NCBI GenBank assembly: GCA_048772705.1
Contig: JBLWGC010000105.1
Span: 1-42,481, forward strand
Direction: 5' to 3'
Length of the DNA: 42,481 bases
Source of the DNA: Leidyana gryllorum EB-2025a
Lineage: Eukaryota; Protista; Apicomplexa
The translations under genes were made by a program, and so were the position numbers. Below are positions 19,180 to 29,905 of the stretch, in pieces; position 1 is the stretch's first letter; each line of letters begins with the position of its first letter. The notes beneath the pieces are model-generated. The model was given only the letters and a program-made list of their open reading frames with translations, made no database searches and had not been told where the DNA came from.

Positions 19180-19518
19180 GGAGTGTTCTTGGCTCGCCAC
19201 TTTACACGTTTTCTGTTCGCGAAGTCTCGAGAAGGGAGGCTTTTGGGGTTGAAGATGTCGTTCTGGGTGCGGTGTACCGCCCCGAAGTACTATCACGGCC
19301 CGCGGTGCTTACATTACAACCCATCTGATTGTAGTGGTGGCATCAGATATTCGACGGGTAAATGCCGTCCCACCCGGAGTTGAGGAGTGGACTTCTTACA
19401 ACGTAATTCGTCTGAGGCTCCTGTTCCATTCCATACTCCGGTCGTCAACCCCAAAAGTCCTCCCTTCTCGAGACTTCACAGACAGAAAGCGTGTAAAGTG
19501 GCGAGCCAAGGGCGCTCC

Positions 19519-19598
19519 GGCAAGATGGCCGAGTGGTCTAAGGCGCTGTGTTAAGGCCGCAGTCCGAAAGGGCGTGGGTTCGAATCCCACTCTTGTCA
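19519..19598 (+). tRNA. trnL: tRNA-Leu(AAG)
   Basis: CTGTG TT-AAG-GC CGCAG; intact. Confidence 0.93.
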
Positions 19599-19665
19599 AC
19601 CGTTGTATTGTATTGAGTCGTCCCCTCTCTTCACCGATAGACAGGTCGTTCGAGCTACAAACGGC

Positions 19666-19736
19666 TGCACCTGCCGGGACTCGAACCCGGGTTACGACCT
19701 TGGAAGGGTCGCATCTTACCCTTAGACCACAAGTGC
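19666..19736 (-). tRNA. trnG: tRNA-Gly(TCC)
   Basis: Intact. Confidence 0.93.
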
Positions 19737-19959
19737 AATTGCGAAAGATCTGCAGCACCCCGAGAGACTCGGGCAATTTCTGCTTCCAGCTGTCTGCAAC
19801 CTACTCAAGAACGGACTGTTCGGGGATCGAATCGAGCACTTCCACAGACGAAGGAAACTGATACCACTAGCACTTCAACTCGACATACGGGGCAGCGGCT
19901 CTCATACAGCTAGCAAGCTTGCCTCGGTCGAAACGGAACGTCGTCCGAGTGAGAGGATA

Positions 19960-20032
19960 TGATGCGGATCGGCCTCGGACCCACAACTCCCGGTTCCGAA
20001 GACCGATGCCCTATCCAGTAGGCCACCGCACC
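19960..20032 (-). pseudogene. tRNA-Arg(TCG), degenerate T-arm
   Basis: T-arm reads GGGTCCGAGGCCGAT. Confidence 0.7.
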
Positions 20033-20140
20033 ATGGAGAGGCTTCGGTCATCTCGATACTCGTGGGGTGAAAGAAGTCTTCGATCTCAGAACCTCCCCCA
20101 AACCGTTGTGAAAAAGTGCCAGCGAGTAAGACATGTCGTC

Positions 20141-20222
20141 GGCAAGGTGGCCGAGTGGTTAAGGCGGCGGCCTGCTAAGCCGTTGGGTTCTACCCGCGTG
20201 AGTTCGAATCTCACCCTTGTCG
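20141..20222 (+). tRNA. trnS: tRNA-Ser(GCT)
   Basis: GCGGC CT-GCT-AA GCCGT; long variable arm; G73. Confidence 0.93.
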
Positions 20223-20547
20223 GTAGCATTCGGGGAGAGCGCATCTGCTTCAATGATTGAACTGAGGATTTTGGCCGACTCGAATCCAACTCTTTACGCT
20301 GGGGGCTGTATACAAAAGCCAGTTACAATACTTCAGAGGTTAGTAGAGAGACCCGTGTTTCATGTGTCCAGTTGAGGAAGCGCTAGTCCGACTCTTCTGG
20401 GATGGGCTGAACCGGTTGCGTCCTTGGTGGTTAGCACTCGACACTTTGGATTTTCCGACCTGGGTCCGATCCCGGCGCGACCCTTGAACTGGTCCTCACT
20501 ACTCCCTGAAGCTTCGCCACTTCTCTTGGGCTGCGGGGACCATCCAT

Positions 20548-20620
20548 GCAGCCATGGTCTAGTGGTTACGACGTCTGCTTAACACGCAGAAGGTCCCGAG
20601 TTCGATCCTCGGTGGCTGTA
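20548..20620 (+). tRNA. trnV: tRNA-Val(AAC)
   Basis: Intact. Confidence 0.93.
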
Positions 20621-20675
20621 GCTCGCAACTTTCAGCGGGCACCAAAAAAGACAATCTTAAGCGAGATCAAGTGTG

Positions 20676-20747
20676 CTCCGAGACCGGGAATCGAACCCGG
20701 GTCTTCCGCGTGACAGGCGGAAATACTAACCACTATACTATCTCGGA
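20676..20747 (-). tRNA. trnD: tRNA-Asp(GTC)
   Basis: Intact. Confidence 0.94.
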
Positions 20748-20841
20748 CGCTCCGAACACACCGGCCTGAAACCCCAAAAGTCCTTCCATCTTGAGATTCC
20801 AGGGATAGAAAACGCGTGGAGCGGCGAGCCAACAACATCCC

Positions 20842-20921
20842 GGCAAGATGACCGAGGGGTCTGAGGCGCTGTGCTCAGACCGGAGTCCGAAAGGTCGTGG
20901 GTTCGAATCCCACTTTTGTCA
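20842..20921 (+). pseudogene. tRNA-Leu(CAG), degenerate
   Basis: Inverted paralog of 5814-5893. Confidence 0.7.
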
Positions 20922-20957
20922 GGTTGCGCCCCAAACGGGAAAAACATAGAGTCCGGT

Positions 20958-21029
20958 TGAGCCCAGAGTGATTCGAACACCCAACCTTCTGATCTGGAGT
21001 CAGACGCGCTACCGTTGCGCCATAGGCCC
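20958..21029 (-). tRNA. trnW: tRNA-Trp(CCA)
   Basis: CT-CCA-GA. Confidence 0.9.
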
Positions 21030-21198
21030 AAAACCATCCCCCGTTCCAGACTCATTTACCGGCAATCGGCCCGCTTCTTAGGCGTGACATTCGAAAATAG
21101 TAACCATGCTATCTCGGACGCTCTGAACACGCCACGGACATTCCATTTGTTCAGAAAACGGCCGCTACCGTGTACGAGCTTCAACAACAAGGTGTGAC

Positions 21199-21269
21199 GC
21201 ATCTGTGGTCTAGTGGTAGAATGTCTCGTTGCCATCGAGACGACCCGGGTTCGATTCCCGGCAGATGCA
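21199..21269 (+). tRNA. trnG: tRNA-Gly(GCC)
   Basis: Intact. Confidence 0.93.
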
Positions 21270-21325
21270 GAGGACACATGGTTGCTTTTCCACATTCAGA
21301 AATGAGTTGGTGTAACCACATCGCA

Positions 21326-21407
21326 CGACAACTGCTGGAGTTGAACCAGCGCGGGCCCGGCCCAGTAGATTTCTAGTCTACCCCCTTAACCACTCGGGCA
21401 AGTTGCC
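21326..21407 (-). tRNA. trnS: tRNA-Ser(AGA)
   Basis: CT-AGA-AA. Confidence 0.9.
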
Positions 21408-21639
21408 GTTGTCGAACTTGGCATTTTGCGGCCAGTGGCTTCGCATACGGTTCAGCAAGCTTTACTCGGACTGCTCGCGCCGCCCGAACCCGCGGTTCTC
21501 CCTTCAAAAGTCTTGTGCTCTACCGACGGAGTTGGGGCGGCAAGAAAGCTCGGACTTGGTAACAAATTCCAGTCGTATTGATGGTGGAATCTTTCCGAGA
21601 CGGTTCGGCTCTCGGCCGAAGCCTAAACTCGAGCACTTG

Positions 21640-21712
21640 TCCACTGTAGTCTAAGTGGCTAGGATATGCGGCTTTCACCCGCACGATCCGGGTTCAAGTC
21701 CCGGCAGTGGAA
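21640..21712 (+). tRNA. trnE: tRNA-Glu(TTC)
   Basis: Intact. Confidence 0.92.
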
Positions 21713-21788
21713 GTCATTAGAGTACTCGATCAAAGTGCTCTGATAACTTGCGTAAATAGGGACTGATGCGTGATTCCCGGCTTGCATT

Positions 21789-21860
21789 GCCTTCTTAGCT
21801 TAGGGGCAGAGCATTCGCTTAGTAAGCGAAAGGTCGCCGGTTCGATTCTGGCAGAAGCCT
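21789..21860 (+). tRNA. trnT: tRNA-Thr(AGT), variant
   Basis: Acceptor 3' end AGAAGCC gives a mismatch. Confidence 0.78.
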
Positions 21861-21907
21861 TGCTCACGAGCCAATCTATCCTACAACTGTTCCCTTCTGG
21901 GCACACT

Positions 21908-21979
21908 TAGCAGTGCGTCGTTTCGATCGACGGACCTTTGGGTTATGAGCCCAACACTCTTCCACTGAGCTACACTGCT
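21908..21979 (-). tRNA. trnMi: initiator tRNA-Met(CAT)
   Basis: A1:U72, GGG/CCC in anticodon stem, T-loop GATCGAAA. Confidence 0.92.
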
Positions 21980-23554
21980 TAGTCTGCAACATGTCAGAGG
22001 TAGCCGAAATGCGCTTCTCGAGAGGTTAGTTGCGCTGACTGCCCTACCGAAGTGGGCTAACGAGGTGGCTGTGTTGGTTCTGGGGCAACTTGTCCGATCG
22101 GGTCAACCGACGCCCAAGAGGGCTGTGCTGGGAATCGAACCAGGACTCCACCCTGAGGAGGGGTCACAGCACTAGACCAGACGTCTCGTTTACGAAGCAA
22201 ACGTCTACCCCCTTAACCACTCGGGCAAGTTGCCAAGTGTCGAATTCGACATAAGCCGCGAGGGAGGTTGTTGAAGTAGTAAGGACCAAATACCCCCATG
22301 TATCAGCCTGGTCCTGCGGCATTGATAGGATGTCTGAAACAGATGATGACCTCTCTGCGTGCCAAGTCGACACGGGACTTCCAGATCTTCACTGCGCTCT
22401 ACCACTTGAGATAGCCGCCCACTCGCCAAACCTGGAAGCGGTGAAATAGCTTAGCGCACCATGTGAGACCGACTCACAGAGTTCTCTGGCGCACTCATTC
22501 GTCAGTGCAACTGTTGTGAGTCGTCCACTGGTAGTCTAAGTGGCTAGGATATGCGGCTTATCACCCGCATGATCCGGGTTCAAGTCCCGGCAGTGGAAGT
22601 CATTGGACCATTCGAGCAAAGTGGCTCCAGTAACCTCCGTCAATAGTGACTGACTCGTGATCTTTGGCTTGCATTGCCTTCATTAGCTTAGGGGCAGAGC
22701 ATTCGCTTAGTAAGCGAAAGGTCGCCGGTTCGATTCCGGCAGAAGGCTGTTTGGTCACTGACCCAATCAATTCTATAGCTGTTTCCCTCCTGCGCACACT
22801 TAAGCAGTGCGTCGTTTCGATCGACGGACCTTTGGATGTTATGAGCCCAACACTCATTCCACTCGGTCATCTTGCCGGGATGTTGTTGGCTCGCAGCTAC
22901 ACTGCGTTTTTAGTCTGGAACTCAAGATGGAAGGATGGGGTTAGCAGGAATGCGGACTTCTTGAGATAGTTAATTGCCTTGAGTGCCGCCGTCAAGTGGT
23001 AACCGAGGTTCGATTCCCGGTCTGTTGGTGCGTGATCATACTAACAAGCTGTCCTACAAGCGAAATTATGGATTTCCAGTGCCGGGACTTGTTGCGGGTG
23101 AAAGCAACATATCCTAGCCACTGTAGCTGCTGAAAAGTCGAAAACCCGAGAGACGTACCGTCTTGGAACATGGTATGTCGGCCTCAAGTGAGTGGATCTC
23201 TGATACAGATTCGGACTTAGTAACTAATTCCATTGTGTTGGTCGTGCAACGCGCTGAGGACAGTTGAGACATACTATGTTGAGAACCAACAAATGCGATG
23301 GAGTGTGCACAAGGGACAACTAGCTCAAATGGTAGAGCGCTCGCTTAGCATGCGCACTACATGGAAGACCTATTGGATGCAGTGGCTGACCGACTGCCCA
23401 CACAACGGCTGACAAGAGTGGGATTCGAACCCACGCCCTTGCGGACTGCGGCCTTAACACAGTGTTTTTGGCTTGCCGCTCCACGCGGTTTTTGTCCATG
23501 GAATCTCGAAACTGGTAAGACGTCTGAGGCTGAATGGCGGCGTGTTTGCAAGCG

Positions 23555-23626
23555 TCCGAGATAGTATAGTGGTTAGTACTTCCGCCTGTGACGCGGAAGA
23601 CCCGGACTCGATGCCCGGTTTTGGAG
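23555..23626 (+). pseudogene. tRNA-Asp body with GTG anticodon
   Basis: Copy of 66-137. Confidence 0.75.
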
Positions 23627-23681
23627 CACAGTTGATTCCGCTTAAGATTGTCTCTTTTGGTTGCCGCTGGAAGTTGCGAGC

Positions 23682-23754
23682 TACAGCCACCGAGGATCGA
23701 ACTCGGGACTTTCTGCGTGTTAAGCAGACGTCGTGACCACTAGACCATGGCTGC
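23682..23754 (-). tRNA. trnV: tRNA-Val(AAC)
   Basis: TT-AAC-AC. Confidence 0.85.
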
Positions 23755-23817
23755 ACGGAAGGTACCGCAGACCAAGAGGAGTATTGAGACTTCACAAAGT
23801 AGTGAGAACTAGTTGCG

Positions 23818-23889
23818 AGGTCGCGCCGGGAATCGAACCCAGATCGGGAGATTCAGAGTCTCCCGTGCTAACCACTACACCACGCAACC
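23818..23889 (-). tRNA. trnQ: tRNA-Gln(CTG)
   Basis: CT-CTG-AA; TTCGATT. Confidence 0.85.
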
Positions 23890-24347
23890 CATTCACTCCT
23901 TCACAAAAAAGAGTTGGTAGAGCATCCGGACTAGCCCTCAACATGCAACACGCGTATCTCTACTAACCTCTCAGATATTGTAACTGGCTCTTGTACTTCA
24001 GTCGACAGAGCGTGTGGTTGTAAAATACAAACCTGGAGACCCGGTCTCTGAGGCAACCTTCACACATACTGCGGTGCCCACGTCTATCCAAGGGCTACAG
24101 GGCACCTTCAAAGCTCTCAACTCTGTAGTCAAATAGCGCCAATTGCAGCACTACAAACTTTGGACGACCTGGGCATTGATCCCAGTAGCTCTCGCACGCT
24201 AAGCGAGCGCTTCACCATTTGAGCTAGTCGCCCATTCAGCAACCCGCAGTACATCCAGTTCTTTTTACATGGTATGACCAATCTCCCAACTGCATCGATC
24301 ACTTTCACCAGTTGTGCTCCACCTTGCACAAACGAAGGCACGCAGGA

Positions 24348-24420
24348 AACGGCTGGAGGGACTCGAACCCTCAACCTTTGCCTTAGGAGGGCAACGCGCT
24401 ATCCATTGCGCCACAACCGC
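24348..24420 (-). tRNA. trnR: tRNA-Arg(CCT)
   Basis: Copy of 859-931. Confidence 0.92.
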
Positions 24421-24519
24421 ATTCGGACGCACCCGACTTTTGAGTGGGACGAAACCGGGCTGCCCCGAAGTGTCTCCTCTTTCACCCAACCAGTATCGAG
24501 ATGACCGAAGCCTATCCAT

Positions 24520-24592
24520 GGTGCGGTGGCCTAATGGATAGGGCATCGGTCTTCGGAACCGGGAGTTGTGGGTTCGAGTCCCATCCGCATCA
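24520..24592 (+). tRNA. trnR: tRNA-Arg(TCG)
   Basis: Copy of 1031-1103. Confidence 0.9.
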
Positions 24593-24789
24593 TAGCCTCT
24601 CACTCGGAAGACGTTCCGTTTCGACCGAGGCAAGCTTGCTAGCTGCATGGGAGTCGCTGCCCCGCATGTCGAGTTGAAGTGCTAGTGGTATCAGTTTCCT
24701 TCGTCCGTGAAAGTGCTCGATTCGATCCGCAGACAGCTGGAAGTAGAAATTGCCCGAGTCTCTCGGGGTGCTGCAGCTCTTCCGCAATT

Positions 24790-24900
24790 GCACTTGTGGT
24801 CTAAGGGTAAGATGCGACCCTTCCAAGGTCGTGACCCGGGTAGTGGTTAGTATTTCCGCCTGTCACGCGGAAGACCCGGGTTCGATTCCCGGTCTCGGAG
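24790..24900 (+). pseudogene. Gly(TCC)/Asp(GTC) fusion
   Basis: Gly 5' part ending GACCCGGG joined to Asp starting TAGTGGTTAG. Confidence 0.85.
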
Positions 24901-24952
24901 ATAGATCGTCTTCCGCTTTAGATTTCGTGATGCTCACCTGAACGATGCGTGT

Positions 24953-25025
24953 TACAGCCACCGATGATCGAACTCGGGACCTTCTGCGTGGTAAGCAGAC
25001 GTCGTAACCACTAGACCGTGGCTGC
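24953..25025 (-). pseudogene. tRNA-Val body with ACC anticodon
   Basis: Copy of 9474-9546. Confidence 0.75.
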
Positions 25026-25089
25026 ATGAATGGTCCCCGCAGCCCAAGAGAAGTGGCGAAGTTTCAGGGAGTAGTGAGGACCAGTTCCA

Positions 25090-25161
25090 AGGTCGCGCCG
25101 GGAATCGAACCCAGGTCGGGAGATTCAGAGTCCCCAGTGCTAACCACTACACCACGCAACC
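25090..25161 (-). tRNA. trnQ: tRNA-Gln(CTG)
   Basis: Copy of 9611-9682. Confidence 0.88.
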
Positions 25162-25469
25162 GGTTCAGCCCACCCAAAAGAGTCGGTAGAATCATCCGGA
25201 CTAGCGCTTCCTCAACTGGATACACGCAACACGGGTCTCTCTACTGACCTCTGGAAATATCTTAGGTGGTAGAGCGTTGGATTTGAGGCGGACAGAATCC
25301 TCACTTCAATCATTGAAGCAATTGCGCTCTTCGCGAATGCTACCGTGAAGGGTGAGTTTCGAACTCACGCGGGTGACACCCAACGGCTTAACTGGGCGGG
25401 TGTGTTGTTGATGGAGCATCCCCCTGCACCCTTTTGACAGGAGGAGATGCATCGAGAGAAGTTTCACGA

Positions 25470-25543
25470 GGGAGTGTAGCGCAGTCGGTAGCGCCTAGGT
25501 CTCATAATCCTGAAGTCGAGAGTTCAATCCTCCCCACCTCCCA
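25470..25543 (+). tRNA. trnM: elongator tRNA-Met(CAT), variant with 1-nt insertion
   Basis: Copy of 10283-10355. Confidence 0.7.
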
Positions 25544-25689
25544 CGGTCGGCATCGGAAGCGCCGACTGACTCGTATGGGGCGCCACCTGAGAAGAGTGGA
25601 CTCCAGCTGTCCGCTAGTGTCTGAGATGTTTGAGTCCGGCTGAGGGGGAATCCAGCATCCGGCTCGGTGCCATCTCTCGTGGCAGAAGT

Positions 25690-25763
25690 GGTCGCGTAGC
25701 TCGGTCGGTTAGAGCGTGAGCCTAATAAGCTCAACGTCCCCGGTTCGAGCCCGGGCGTGACCA
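25690..25763 (+). tRNA. trnI: tRNA-Ile(AAT), variant
   Basis: Copy of 10502-10575. Confidence 0.8.
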
Positions 25764-26114
25764 AGTGAGTGGATCTTCGATAAAGAGTCGCCCTGCACTC
25801 GAGCAACCCCCAACATTCTGCGACCAATACGAAAGGTACGTGTTATAAAGTCCTCACTTCCCTGCCGCGCCAGCTCCGTCGGTAGAGCGCAAAACTTTCA
25901 ATGGAGAGACCGCGGGTTCGGGCAGCGCCAGCAGTCCGAGTCAAGCTTGCTGAACCGTATGTGAAGCCACTGGCCGCTAAATGCCGAGTTCGACAGGTGG
26001 CAACTTGCCCGAGTGTTCAAGGGGGTAGACTAGAAATCTACTGGGCCTGGCCAACGAGGTGGCTGTGTTGGTTCTGGGGGCAACTTGTCCCGTCGGATCC
26101 ACTGACGACCAATA

Positions 26115-26186
26115 GGGCTGTTCTGGGAATCGAACCCAGGACTTCTTCCACCCGAAGGAAGAATCATACCACTAGACCAAACACCC
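26115..26186 (-). tRNA. trnP: tRNA-Pro(CGG), variant
   Basis: Copy of 10927-10998. Confidence 0.8.
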
Positions 26187-26412
26187 GCCTAGCCCGTGGT
26201 TCAACCAGCTGGGCAAAGTCGAGAGACTCGTCTCACTACGTGAAGTATCACTCAATGCCATGAGGTAGGCTAACCCAGATGATGAAACGGTGGCTTACTA
26301 TACGAAAGGTACTGGGATCGATTCCCAGCCCATCCGAGTTACATCGATGGAATGTTCGCTGGAGTAGTCTACTTGGCCTATCAAGGCTGTCTGCCGAAAC
26401 CACATCGCTACT

Positions 26413-26492
26413 TCCGGTGGGACGGAATCGAACCGCCGACTATCTGATGCCAGCACTACAGTCAGATGCTCTACCAACTGAGCTACCCCCGG
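26413..26492 (-). tRNA. trnY: tRNA-Tyr(GTA) with 7-nt intron
   Basis: Copy of 11225-11304. Confidence 0.82.
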
Positions 26493-26809
26493 CCGTCCAA
26501 CTGCTCCGGGGTTCGAAAGGCTCAACCCAGATCCTCGCCCTGTCGCACTGCGGTCTGAGCACAGCGCCTTAGACAAATCGGCCATCTTGCCGGGATGTTG
26601 TTGGCTCGCCGCTCCACGCGTTTTCTGTGCTTGGAATCTCAGAATGGAAGAACTTTTGGGGTTGGAGGCCGGCGTGTTCAGAGCATTTGAGATAGTATAG
26701 TGGTTAGTATTTCCGCCTGTCACTCGGAAGACCCGGGTTCGATTCCCGGTCTCGAAGATAGATCGTCTTCCGCTCTAGATTTCGTGATGCTCGCCTGAAC
26801 GATGCGTGT

Positions 26810-26882
26810 TACAGCCACCGAGGATTGAACTCGGGACCTTCTGCGTGTTAAGCAGACGTCGTGACCACTAGACCATGGCTGC
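26810..26882 (-). tRNA. trnV: tRNA-Val(AAC)
   Basis: TT-AAC-AC; TTCAATC. Confidence 0.85.
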
Positions 26883-27479
26883 ACGGAGCTTTTGGCTGCG
26901 AAAGGGGCGTGTGTCTTTGGAAACACATATTCGATGAGCCTGGTTTTTACGTACCGCCTAAGTTGGACGGCCTAGAGTAGTCCAGACTCATCGCCTTGTA
27001 TTCAGGAATGGAGGTGTCACGCATCTGTGGTTGCCGCCGAGACGACCCAGGTCCGATTCGCGGCAGATGCAGAGAAGATGGCAGATGGTTGATTGAGGTA
27101 CCATTCTGGGGTTTCAGGCGTGAGTTCTTGCTGCATCTTGTACGTGGTGAGAGCCGTTGGTAGAGAGCCTATCGATGCATCAAGGCGTTCCGTCGGAATC
27201 GAGCCGCCGCCGTCTCGCTCACGAAGCAAACGCTCTGCCCCTAAGCTAAGAAGGCAATTCAAAAAGGAAATCACGCATCTAACCCCGTTGAGGGAGGTTA
27301 CTGAAGCACTCCAAGGAGCTCCACTGCCGGCCCTTGAACCCGGACCGTGCGGGTGAAAGCCGCATATCCCAGCCGGCCTCAGCCAGACCCTCATGTGATC
27401 GAGACAGGGCCTGCCTGGTTAGCTGAGGGGCAAAACGATCGCACGGGTGCGAGGATGACACCAAATGTCACAGCCTCTC

Positions 27480-27552
27480 TGCCTCGGCCGTGGATCGAAC
27501 ACGGGACTTCCAGATCTTCAGTCTGGCGCTCTCCCAACTGAGCTACCGAGGC
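27480..27552 (-). tRNA. trnF: tRNA-Phe(GAA)
   Basis: Intact. Confidence 0.93.
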
Positions 27553-27785
27553 GGTAGGTAGTCAGGACAGGCGGTGAAAATAAGCACTTACCGCGGCCGT
27601 ATGTGGTGACCACTATCTCAACTGTCCTCAGCGAACTGCGTGACCGACAGGCGGCTGTTTGGTCTAGTGGTATGATTCCTCCTTCGGGTTGAAGAAGTCC
27701 TGGGTTCGAATCCCAGAACGGCCCCGTTGCTTGTCGGTTGGCCCGACGCTCTATCTCTCGTCCAAAGCTGCAGCTGAGGAAGTTG

Positions 27786-27858
27786 TCCACTGTAGTCTAA
27801 GTGGCTAGGATATGCGGCTCTCACCCGCACGATCCGGGTTCAAGTCCCGGCAGTGGAA
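27786..27858 (+). tRNA. trnE: tRNA-Glu(CTC)
   Basis: Intact. Confidence 0.92.
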
Positions 27859-27946
27859 GGCAGTGGTTGAAGTCAGTGGAATACTTGAGCAAAGTGCCCA
27901 GCAATCTCCGTCAATAGTGTCTGATTCGTGATCTTCGGCTTGCATT

Positions 27947-28018
27947 GCCTTCTTAGCTTAGGGGCAGAGCGTTCGCTTCGTAATCGAGAAGTCGCCGGTT
28001 CGATTCCGACAGAAGGCT
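27947..28018 (+). pseudogene. tRNA-Thr(CGT), degenerate
   Basis: TT-CGT-AA; stem mismatches. Confidence 0.7.
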
Positions 28019-28200
28019 TGACTGCATCGACTGGGCACCTGCAAAGCTTAAGTCTCTCAAGCTCCAATCATCTTAGCCGAGCCTCGTAGTTCAGCCACCA
28101 GAGGTCTCTTAGCCACAAAGTCGCAGACTGGAACCTGCCCACCCACTAGCTCAACGCAGACTGCGGCCGAGTCTCGGGGTGCTGGAGCTCTTTCTCGAGT

Positions 28201-28271
28201 GCACTTGTGGTCCAAGGGTAGGATGCGAGCTTCCCATGCTCGCAGCCCGGGTTCGAGTCCCGGCAGGTGCA
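28201..28271 (+). tRNA. trnG: tRNA-Gly(CCC)
   Basis: CGAGC TT-CCC-AT GCTCG; intact. Confidence 0.92.
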
Positions 28272-28346
28272 GCCGATCGTACAGGCTTGACCATGGCTGC
28301 AACAATATTTTCAACCGGGGCGAAGAGCAATGCACTTTAGACTGCT

Positions 28347-28418
28347 TGTCCGAGCCAGGAATCGAGCCTGGGTTTGCACGGCCACAACGTGCTGTCCTAA
28401 CCACTAGACGACTCGGAC
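28347..28418 (-). tRNA. trnH: tRNA-His(GTG)
   Basis: GTCCGAG/CTCGGAC; GCACG TT-GTG-GC CGTGC; T-loop CTCGATT. Confidence 0.85.
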
Positions 28419-28645
28419 AATCTTTGAGCGAGGCTGTAGAGGTAGCGAAGCATCGATCAGGATGGAATGCGTTGTAAGAAGTCCACTCCTCAACTCCCGG
28501 CGGACGGAATTCCCTCGTCGAATAGCTGATGCCACCACTACCATCAGATGGGTTGCCACCTAAGCACCCCGAGCCGTGAGAAAAGCCTTCCTTCTCGAGA
28601 CTTCACACACAGAAAACGTGTAAAGTGGCGAGCCAAGAACACTCC

Positions 28646-28725
28646 GGCAAGATGGCCGAGTGGTCCAAGGCGCTGTGTTAAGGCCGCAGTCCGAAAGGGC
28701 GTGGGTTCGAATCCCACTCTTGTCA
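28646..28725 (+). tRNA. trnL: tRNA-Leu(AAG)
   Basis: Intact. Confidence 0.93.
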
Positions 28726-28785
28726 GCCGTTTTATCGGCCCTCGGTCAGCCACTGGATGCAATAGGTCTTCCATGTAGAGCGCAT

Positions 28786-28858
28786 GGGCGGCTAGCTCAG
28801 ATGGTAGTGCGCTCGCTTCGCATGCGAGAGGTACTGGGATCGATACCCAGGTCGTCCA
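28786..28858 (+). tRNA. trnA: tRNA-Ala(CGC)
   Basis: G3:U70; TT-CGC-AT; one D-stem mismatch. Confidence 0.85.
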
Positions 28859-28973
28859 AAGTACATACGGCTGCACGTGGCGGGATCCAAACAAACTTAC
28901 ATCTTTGAAGAGTCGCAGACCACAAGTGCCATTGGGAGAGCAGCGCAGTCAGTGTTTAGTGTGCCTCTGAAAC

Positions 28974-29046
28974 CGGTCCTGGCAGGTTTCGAACCTGCGA
29001 CTTTGTGGTTAACAGCCACACGCTCTGCCGACTGAGCTACAAGACC
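28974..29046 (-). tRNA. trnN: tRNA-Asn(GTT)
   Basis: Intact. Confidence 0.92.
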
Positions 29047-29163
29047 CAGCTACAATGTTTGAGAGGATAATATAGAGACCCTCCTCTTTCTAGCGCAGGA
29101 TTCTGCAACCCTTTGTGGTCAGGAATGTTGGTTTAACATCTTCCAGCGTTTCATCTCAACTTC

Positions 29164-29235
29164 ACGGCACGCGCGAATTTGAACCACGGACTTGCTGATC
29201 TGCAGTCAACTGCTCTACCACTGAGTTACGTACCC
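29164..29235 (-). pseudogene. tRNA-Cys(GCA), degenerate
   Basis: CT-GCA-GA; several mismatches. Confidence 0.7.
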
Positions 29236-29395
29236 ACGAGCTGCCTCTCATACTCGCTCAACTTGACCCTGTCTTCTCATTCGAAGCAAAACGGCCGTTA
29301 TTGTGTACGAGCTCCAACAACAAGGTGTTACGCATCTGTCTAGTGGAAGAGTCTCTCGCTGCCATCGAGATAACCCGTGGTTCCGATTCCAACCG

Positions 29396-29468
29396 TGGGA
29401 GTGGAGAGGATCGAACTCTCGACTTCAGGATTATGAGACCTACGCGCTACCGACTGCGCTACACTCCC
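29396..29468 (-). tRNA. trnM: elongator tRNA-Met(CAT)
   Basis: Intact; U31:U39 as in eukaryotic elongator Met. Confidence 0.93.
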
Positions 29469-29601
29469 CAATGGAACTTCTCTCGATGTATCTCCTCCTG
29501 TCAGAAGGGTGCACGGGGATGCTGTCCACAACCAGGACAGCCAGCTGAGACAAAAAATGAGTTGCAGCAATTGTGAGGGGCTGGAACCCGACCACTCGCC
29601 C

Positions 29602-29674
29602 AGACGCTACTGGGACTCGAACCCTGAATCCCAGGTTCCGTAGACCGATGCCATATCCATTAGGCCATAGCGCC
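29602..29674 (-). tRNA. trnR: tRNA-Arg(ACG), variant
   Basis: CT-ACG-GA. Confidence 0.78.
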
Positions 29675-29746
29675 AATCAACGGAGCCGTCGAATGAAAGT
29701 GTGTATCCATCAAGAGAAAGTTCCATTAGAGACACCGGAGACATAT

Positions 29747-29818
29747 TGGGCGAGCCAGGAATCGAGCCTGGGTTTGCACGGCCACAACGTGCTGTCCTAG
29801 CCACTAGACGACTCGGAC
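29747..29818 (-). pseudogene. tRNA-His(GTG), acceptor mismatches
   Basis: 3' acceptor strand CTCGCCC. Confidence 0.7.
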
Positions 29819-29905
29819 ACATCTTTGGGCGAGGCTGTAGAGGTAGCGAAGCACCGATTAGGATGGGATGGAACAGGAGCGTCAGACGAACTACGTTGTA
29901 AGAAG

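Larger units (their letters stand above)
17748..22180 (+). repeat. Segmental duplication copy A (direct repeat of ~34420-38870)
   Basis: Near-identical sequence; offset 16653 over the core (ORFs 19334/35987 and 20086/36739 translate identically). Confidence 0.93.
23490..24640 (+). repeat. Direct repeat of window positions ~1-1150
   Basis: Offset 23489; near-identical, including pseudogenes. Confidence 0.92.
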
